Translations under genes and position numbers: made by a program
In this document: positions 58,427 through 64,000 of the stretch, piece after piece
How positions within the stretch are numbered: position 1 is the first letter of the stretch
Layout: every line of letters begins with the position of its first letter
NCBI GenBank assembly: GCA_963822445.1
Contig: CAWGHO010000001.1
Span: 1,518,226-1,582,225, forward strand
Reading direction: 5' to 3'
DNA from: an uncultured Acidobacteriota bacterium
Lineage (GTDB): Bacteria > Acidobacteriota > Thermoanaerobaculia > Gp7-AA8
Length of the DNA stretch: 64,000 nt
The notes under the pieces: model-generated
Seen by the model: only the letters and a program-made list of their open reading frames with translations
Told to the model about the DNA's origin: nothing
Databases searched by the model: none

Positions 58427-59404
58427 ATGCGAATCTCGACACGCCTCCTCGCCGCACTCCTTTTCGCTGTGACCCTCCCCGTCGCGGCTCAAGTCAACGA
58501 CACGTACGTCATCCCCGCCGCCGCGAACGTCTCCGGCAACTTCGGCACGCGCTGGATGACGCAGTTCAGCGTCTTCAATCCGCAGCTCGACTGGCCGCTC
58601 GTGGTCAGCGTGACCTTCCTTCCGACGGGAGGCGGCGTGGGATTCGAAGAGTTGATCGAGCTGCCTCCGAACTCGCTGGCGTACTCGGACAATCTTCTCG
58701 ACGATCTGTTCGGCGTGCAGGGCAGCGGCTCGCTGCTCGTGGCTACGTTCCCGGAAGACAATCCAGGCGTTCCCGACGACGTGATCTCGCGCGCGTTCCT
58801 GGTCACGACGAACACCTACAACAACTCGCCCAGCGGGACGTTCGGCCAGACCATCCCCGGCATCTGGACCGGTCTTCTCGATTACGACTCGGATGGCATC
58901 AGCGCCGTGGCTCACGGCATCCGCAACATCAGCAGCCTCGGCTGGCGCACGAACGTCGGCGCGGTGAACCTCGGCCGCTGCAGCGTCACCCTCCACGTCA
59001 GTGTGTACGACGCGGATGGCAACCGCATCCTCAATCAGTCGCCGATGCTCGTCCCGCCCCTCGGCCACATTCAAGACGGCCTCCCCATCCAGGTGGAGTC
59101 GGGCACTGTCGAATTCTTCGTCGACGATCCCTGCTCGAACAGCGATGCGAATTACGCGGTGGTCTTCCCGTACACGTCGACCATCGATCAGCTCTCCGGC
59201 GATCCGACCTACCAGTCGCCGACGCTGCTCGCCAGCCCGGGTTCGCTGTTCTCCAAGGCGATGGTGGCCAACGCGATGGTCGACCCGCTCAACGCCGGCG
59301 CGAAGATCGGCTCGGCCTACGCCCGCGGCGTGCGCGCGCTCGCCGAGAAGCGCGGCAAAGCCAAGCTCGTGCGGAGCGCGAAGGGCTGGCAGATCAGCCG
59401 GTAA
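58427..59404 (+). CDS. Secreted beta-rich protein of unknown function
   Basis: Signal peptide; VIPAAANVSGNFGTRWMT...RTNVGAVN...YTSTIDQLSGDPTY. Confidence 0.75.
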   Translation: MRISTRLLAALLFAVTLPVAAQVNDTYVIPAAANVSGNFGTRWMTQFSVFNPQLDWPLVVSVTFLPTGGGVGFEELIELPPNSLAYSDNLLDDLFGVQGSGSLLVATFPEDNPGVPDDVISRAFLVTTNTYNNSPSGTFGQTIPGIWTGLLDYDSDGISAVAHGIRNISSLGWRTNVGAVNLGRCSVTLHVSVYDADGNRILNQSPMLVPPLGHIQDGLPIQVESGTVEFFVDDPCSNSDANYAVVFPYTSTIDQLSGDPTYQSPTLLASPGSLFSKAMVANAMVDPLNAGAKIGSAYARGVRALAEKRGKAKLVRSAKGWQISR

Positions 59405-59440
59405 TCAATGGACATGGAGGCGCAGATAGAATGCGCCTCC

Positions 59441-60322
59441 ATGTCTGCCATTACTGAGACCACCCTCCCCTTCCCGCTCGCGCGCCGCGGAAAAGTGCGC
59501 GATGTGTATGACCTCGGCGACCGGTACCTCTTCGTCGCCACCGACCGCATCTCCGCGTTCGACGTCGTGCTTTCGCCGGGCATCCCCGACAAGGGAACGA
59601 TCCTCACCCAGGTCTCGAACTTCTGGTTCCGGCGGTTCACGCAGCTCGAGAACCATCTGCTCGAAACCGACTTCGACGCGTTCCCCGCGAACATCCGCGA
59701 GCACGCCGGCCTCCGCGGCCGCAGCGTGATCGTGAAGAAGTGTCAGGTCGTGCCCGTCGAGTGCGTCGCGCGCGGCTATCTCGTCGGCTCCGGACTGAAG
59801 GAGTACAAGGAAACGGGCGAAGTCTGTGGCATCAAGCTCGAAGAAGGGCTGACCACGGCGAGCAAACTGCGTGAACCGATCTTCACGCCGGCGACGAAGG
59901 AAGACACCGGTCACGACATCAACATCTCGTTCGAGCGGATGGCGGACATCGTCGGGCTGGATCTCGCGACGAAGCTGCGCGACCTCACGCTGTCGATCTA
60001 CCAGGAAGCGGCCGAGTATGCGCTGACGCGCGGGATCATCATCGCCGACACGAAGTTCGAGTTTGGTCTGCAGGACGGAAGAATCGTCTGGATCGATGAA
60101 GTGCTGACGCCCGACTCATCGCGTTTCTGGCCCGCGGATCAATATGTCGTCGGCAAGAATCCGCCGTCGTACGACAAACAGTTCGTGCGCGACTGGCTGG
60201 AAACGACGGGATGGGACAAGAATCCGCCGGCGCCGGAATTGCCGCGGGAAGTGGTGGAAAAGACTCGCGAGAAGTACCTCGAGGCGTACCGGCAGCTGAC
60301 GGGAACGGCGCTCGATGTTTGA
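59441..60322 (+). CDS. purC: SAICAR synthetase
   Basis: GKVRDVY, ATDRISAFD, ECVARGYL.GS, ADTKFEFG, DEVLTPDSSRFW, DKQFVRDWL. Confidence 0.97.
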   Translation: MSAITETTLPFPLARRGKVRDVYDLGDRYLFVATDRISAFDVVLSPGIPDKGTILTQVSNFWFRRFTQLENHLLETDFDAFPANIREHAGLRGRSVIVKKCQVVPVECVARGYLVGSGLKEYKETGEVCGIKLEEGLTTASKLREPIFTPATKEDTGHDINISFERMADIVGLDLATKLRDLTLSIYQEAAEYALTRGIIIADTKFEFGLQDGRIVWIDEVLTPDSSRFWPADQYVVGKNPPSYDKQFVRDWLETTGWDKNPPAPELPREVVEKTREKYLEAYRQLTGTALDV

Positions 60323-60492
60323 ACGGGCGGGGGTCTGAAAACGACCGAGGGACGTTTGGACGCTTCCTTGAACCTTACCGGGAGGCGGGCAGAGTACCAC
60401 TACTAGTTACGGGCATGCAACGACGGCGGGCACGGCCCGCAGCGCTTGTTGCCAGGGGCCGGGGCGTGAGGGCGGCCTTGGCGGAGAAATAC

Positions 60493-61137
60493 ATGCAGCG
60501 ACGGACGATTCTTGTGACTCTGGGCGTGACCGCCCTGATCGTGGCCATGATGGCCGCGACGGGAGTCATGGTCTGGAAACTGGCCCGCCGGACGGTGGAG
60601 CGGGAGATTTTCACGCCGCAGGAGAAGGTCGTCGACCTGACCACGCTCGTCACACAGGTGCGTGAGCTAAACCGGCTGGAAACGGCATCGATGCGGGTGA
60701 TCCACGTCGGAACGATCACCCAGTCCTACAAAGTCATCCCCAACGCCCTCGGCGGCGACGAGATCACCTTTCTCGCGACAGGGGACGTGATCGCCGGTCT
60801 CGATCTGTCCAAACTGCAGCCGCAGGACGTCTGGCGGTCCCCTGACGGCGCGATCAATCTCAGACTTCCGCCGCCGGAGATCCTGGTCAGCCGCGTCGAC
60901 AACGAGCAATCGCGCGTGCTCCACCGAAAGACGGGCGTGCTGCGGCGGTCCGACGTCGATCTGGAAACACGCGCGCGCCAGCACGCCGAGACGAACATCC
61001 GGGCCGAGGCGTTGAAGAAGGGGATCCTGCCGCTGGCTTCGGAGAATGGGGAGAAGAAGCTCGCCGACCTGCTGCGCACGCTCGGGTTCGAGCGGGTGCG
61101 GTTCGTCAGTGCGCGAGAAGCGCCTTTGCCACGCTGA
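60493..61137 (+). CDS. DUF4230-domain protein
   Basis: N-terminal TM; L.RLET, G.VIAG.DLS, LP.PEIL, GIL..A..N. Confidence 0.85.
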   Translation: MQRRTILVTLGVTALIVAMMAATGVMVWKLARRTVEREIFTPQEKVVDLTTLVTQVRELNRLETASMRVIHVGTITQSYKVIPNALGGDEITFLATGDVIAGLDLSKLQPQDVWRSPDGAINLRLPPPEILVSRVDNEQSRVLHRKTGVLRRSDVDLETRARQHAETNIRAEALKKGILPLASENGEKKLADLLRTLGFERVRFVSAREAPLPR

Positions 61138-62491
61138 TCGCTCGGCGCAGCGCCGCGCTCTTGTTCTCCGTCTCGACATACTCCGTGGCCGGATCGGAGT
61201 CGTAGACGATTCCCGCGCCGGCCTGCACGTACGCGCGATTCTTCGCCAGCACGATCGTGCGGATGGTGATGCAGGAGTCGAGATTCCCGTTGAACGCGAA
61301 GTACGCAACCGCACCGGCATACGGACCGCGGCGCGTTTTTTCGAAGCGATCGATGAGCTCCATGGCCCGGATCTTCGGCGCGCCGCTGACCGTGCCCGCG
61401 GGAAAGCATGAGAGAAACGCATCGAACGGCGTGCAGTCGTCGCGCAACGTTCCGTGAACGTCGGTGACGAGATGCATGACGTGGCTGTACCGCTCGACGT
61501 GACAGTAGTCTTTGACCTCGACGGAGCCGCTCGCCGCGACGCGGCCTAAATCGTTGCGGCCGAGGTCGACGAGCATGAGGTGCTCGGCGTTTTCCTTCGG
61601 ATCGGCCACCAGCGATTGCTCATGTCCGAGATCCTCCTCGGACGTCGCCCCGCGCGGCCGCGTTCCCGCGATCGGTCGCGTCTCGAGGCGCTTGCCGGTC
61701 ACGCGCACGAGCATCTCCGGCGACGCGCCGACCAGCGTCAGCTCGTTCGTGCGCAGCAGGAACATGTACGGCGAAGGATTGATCGACCGCAATGCCCGAT
61801 ACAGCGTCAGCGCCTCGGAAGTCGGGTAATCCGTCTCCCAACGCTGGGAAACAACGACCTGAAAGATCTCGCCGGCGACGATTTCCTCTTTCGCCGCGCG
61901 GACCATCGCTTCGAACGACTCGCGCGTGTGGTTCGCTTCGAACGACGTCATCGGGACGCCGTGCGGAAACGCGATCGGGGCGACGGAGGCGCGATGAAGG
62001 CGCTCGACGGCGCGATCCAGTCTCGCCTTCGCGTCGTCGGGAGAGTCTTTGAAGATGTTCGCGACGACGTAAAGGCGCTGCATCACGTGATCGAAGACGA
62101 CTACGTTGTCGAAGAACAGCAGCTTCGCGTCGGGCGCGCCGAAGTCGTTCGGGTGAGAGTCGGGGATGCGCTCGGACCAGCCGCCCACGCCGTAACCGAA
62201 ATAACCGACAGCGCCGCCGAAGAACGGCGGAAGTTTTTCCTCGCCTTCGACGCGCAACGGCACCAGCTCGTCGTTGAGCAGCTTCACCGGATCGGCGACG
62301 GTCGCGTCGATGGAGAGGCTGCGCCGCGGCTCGAAGCCAACGAAGGAGTAGCGGCCGAGGTTCTCGCCTCGTTCGACGCTTTCGAAGAGGAAGGCTTCCT
62401 CCCCTTCGCCGGAAAGGGCCGCGAACGCGACCAGAGGCGTGAGCGTGTCGGCGCTCAGCTCGCGCACGACCGGGATGACGTCGTAATTCAT
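61106..62491 (-). CDS. trpE: Anthranilate synthase component I
   Basis: LFESVE, GEIFQVV.SQ, NPSPYMF, PIAGT, EHLMLVDLGRND, FPAGTVSGAPK. Confidence 0.93.
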   Translation of the reverse strand: MNYDVIPVVRELSADTLTPLVAFAALSGEGEEAFLFESVERGENLGRYSFVGFEPRRSLSIDATVADPVKLLNDELVPLRVEGEEKLPPFFGGAVGYFGYGVGGWSERIPDSHPNDFGAPDAKLLFFDNVVVFDHVMQRLYVVANIFKDSPDDAKARLDRAVERLHRASVAPIAFPHGVPMTSFEANHTRESFEAMVRAAKEEIVAGEIFQVVVSQRWETDYPTSEALTLYRALRSINPSPYMFLLRTNELTLVGASPEMLVRVTGKRLETRPIAGTRPRGATSEEDLGHEQSLVADPKENAEHLMLVDLGRNDLGRVAASGSVEVKDYCHVERYSHVMHLVTDVHGTLRDDCTPFDAFLSCFPAGTVSGAPKIRAMELIDRFEKTRRGPYAGAVAYFAFNGNLDSCITIRTIVLAKNRAYVQAGAGIVYDSDPATEYVETENKSAALRRAISVAKALLAH

Positions 62492-63726
62492 TCGAAGACT
62501 TTCATGAACAGCTCGTGTTGCCGGACGGCCTGCGCCTGCAGCAGATCGAGGCCGGTGAGGCGGCGCTCGCACTTTACTTCGCGCGTCTCGCCGCCGTAAG
62601 CCGCTTCGATGTAGACCCGGCACGGCGGGATGTCGATGTCCACGCCGGCGGGCAGTGTATTGATGATGAGATCGCCGTCGAAATCCCGGAGCGCTTCCAG
62701 GGGCGCATCGGCCTTGGAGACTGTGCGATTGAATACCGTCGCCGGAATGCCTTTGTCCTCGAGCGCAACCAGTGCGGCTCGCGAAGTCGCTCCCGCGCCG
62801 ATCACGGCTGCTTTCATTCCCTCAATCAACGCCGCGAAGCCGTCGACGTCCGTGTTGTCGGCGAAGACGCGGCCGCCGTGATTCACGAGCGTGTTCACGG
62901 CGCGCGCGCGCTGCGCGTTCGGCGCGGGATTGATCGCGAAGCGGAACGCGTCCTCTTTGAATGGAGCCGTGACACTGAGCCCGCACGGCTCGCCGCCGAG
63001 GAACGCATTCTTGATCTCGTCGAACGATGCGATGGAGGCGATCGTGTACGCCGCGGGGACGCCTTTTTCGCGAAAGAGGCGGTTGTGGATCACAGGCGAG
63101 AGGCTGTGAGCGGCCGGATTGCCGACCACCGCGAAGACTTTCTTCGCCTGGACCGGCCAGTAAATCTCTCGCGCGCGCTCGAGGGTCAGTTGCCCCGGCG
63201 CGGCGATGGTGTTCGCGGCGACGAAGGTGAGCTCGGAGCCGAGAAACGGAGCGAGGATGCGCGAGTACAGGCCGCGCTCGCCCATCCCGATGACCGTGTG
63301 GTGCACCACACCGAGCAGATCGAGCAGCCGCTGGTTGTCGGCAAAGTTGCGCGGCGTCGCCGCCAGTTTCGTGTGCGCGCAACCACGCGCGCGCATCCGG
63401 GACATGATCGTTTCGACGCTACGCATCCCGTCGTAATCGTGATGCGAGAGCACCGTGCGCTCGGGCCGCGCGATCTCGACGCCTTCCCGCCACTCGACGT
63501 CGACGAAATCGATGCCGGCGTTCAGCGCCGCGTCGACGTCGGGAACACGCGAGCCGCGATACGTGAGGATGATTGGCCTGTCCGTCGCCGCGCGGATCGC
63601 CTGAAGGTCGATGGATGGAAACTTCTCGGCGCGAACCTCGACGCCATCATGTTCGGCGGGGAGCGCGCGAATGGCGTCGATCGCGCGGTCGGCGGTCTCC
63701 TCGTAGATGGTGACGAAGATCTTCAT
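62488..63726 (-). CDS. aroDE: Fused type I 3-dehydroquinate dehydratase / shikimate dehydrogenase
   Basis: LSHHDY, MGE.G..SRI, APGQ; GNPAAHSLSP..HN, VTAPFKE, AVNT, NTDVDG, IGAGA. Confidence 0.9.
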   Translation of the reverse strand: MKIFVTIYEETADRAIDAIRALPAEHDGVEVRAEKFPSIDLQAIRAATDRPIILTYRGSRVPDVDAALNAGIDFVDVEWREGVEIARPERTVLSHHDYDGMRSVETIMSRMRARGCAHTKLAATPRNFADNQRLLDLLGVVHHTVIGMGERGLYSRILAPFLGSELTFVAANTIAAPGQLTLERAREIYWPVQAKKVFAVVGNPAAHSLSPVIHNRLFREKGVPAAYTIASIASFDEIKNAFLGGEPCGLSVTAPFKEDAFRFAINPAPNAQRARAVNTLVNHGGRVFADNTDVDGFAALIEGMKAAVIGAGATSRAALVALEDKGIPATVFNRTVSKADAPLEALRDFDGDLIINTLPAGVDIDIPPCRVYIEAAYGGETREVKCERRLTGLDLLQAQAVRQHELFMKVFE

Positions 63727-64000
63727 GAACCCGGAACCGACAGCATCTCCATCCGATCCCGCGCCGCGGCAGACTTTCGCGAGTCACCGGCCCGGTTCCA
63801 CATGTTCTGCAAATTGCCGAGAACGCGCACCAGCGTCTCCCGTCCCGTCCATGCGCGCAGATGCTCGCTCGCGAGTTGAATGTTGCCGCCGCTGACCTGG
63901 CGCAGAAGTTCGCCGATCTCTCCCATCGTCAGGGTCGTCCCGCTGTGAAACGGATCGACGTAAACCTCGTTCAGCTCGAACTGCACTTTCACCACGTAAT
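63723..64000 (-). CDS. C-terminal part of a SirB1/transglutaminase-like protein (partial)
   Basis: VYVDPF.SG..L...L.R.L.NL; runs off the window edge. Confidence 0.7.
   Translation of the reverse strand, partial: YVVKVQFELNEVYVDPFHSGTTLTMGEIGELLRQVSGGNIQLASEHLRAWTGRETLVRVLGNLQNMWNRAGDSRKSAAARDRMEMLSVPGS

Overview
GC-rich bacterial chromosomal segment, most consistent with an Acidobacteriota (Thermoanaerobaculia-like) genome; this is an inference from gene content. It holds about 65 densely packed genes, mostly core metabolism and envelope: ileS, queG, lat, ribF, lptD, hutI, divIVA-yggT-yggS, rnhA, tatD, smc, pssA, bcp, purC, trpE, aroDE, two thiolases and lipid/glycan modification genes. It also carries one tRNA(CAT), a candidate small RNA and a DUF433/DUF5615 toxin-antitoxin pair. 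I see no prophage, IS transposase or CRISPR array. Eight genes are split by single frameshifts, seven of them net +1, which are probably sequencing errors. The most notable features are: (i) a six-gene stop/start-overlapping envelope operon (Ig-VWA, TPR, beta-propeller-like, Zn-ribbon-TonB, Zn-ribbon, TPR) divergent from a membrane Ser/Thr kinase; (ii) widespread -10-like hexamers 6-10 nt before start codons, suggesting leaderless mRNAs; (iii) several REP-like and 7/8-mer palindromic elements, some of which encode protein sequence; (iv) a REC-HD-GYP tandem duplication with complementary degeneration; (v) a lipoprotein-anchored pseudopilin head domain coupled to lptD. All family assignments come from recognising motifs by eye, not from database searches.
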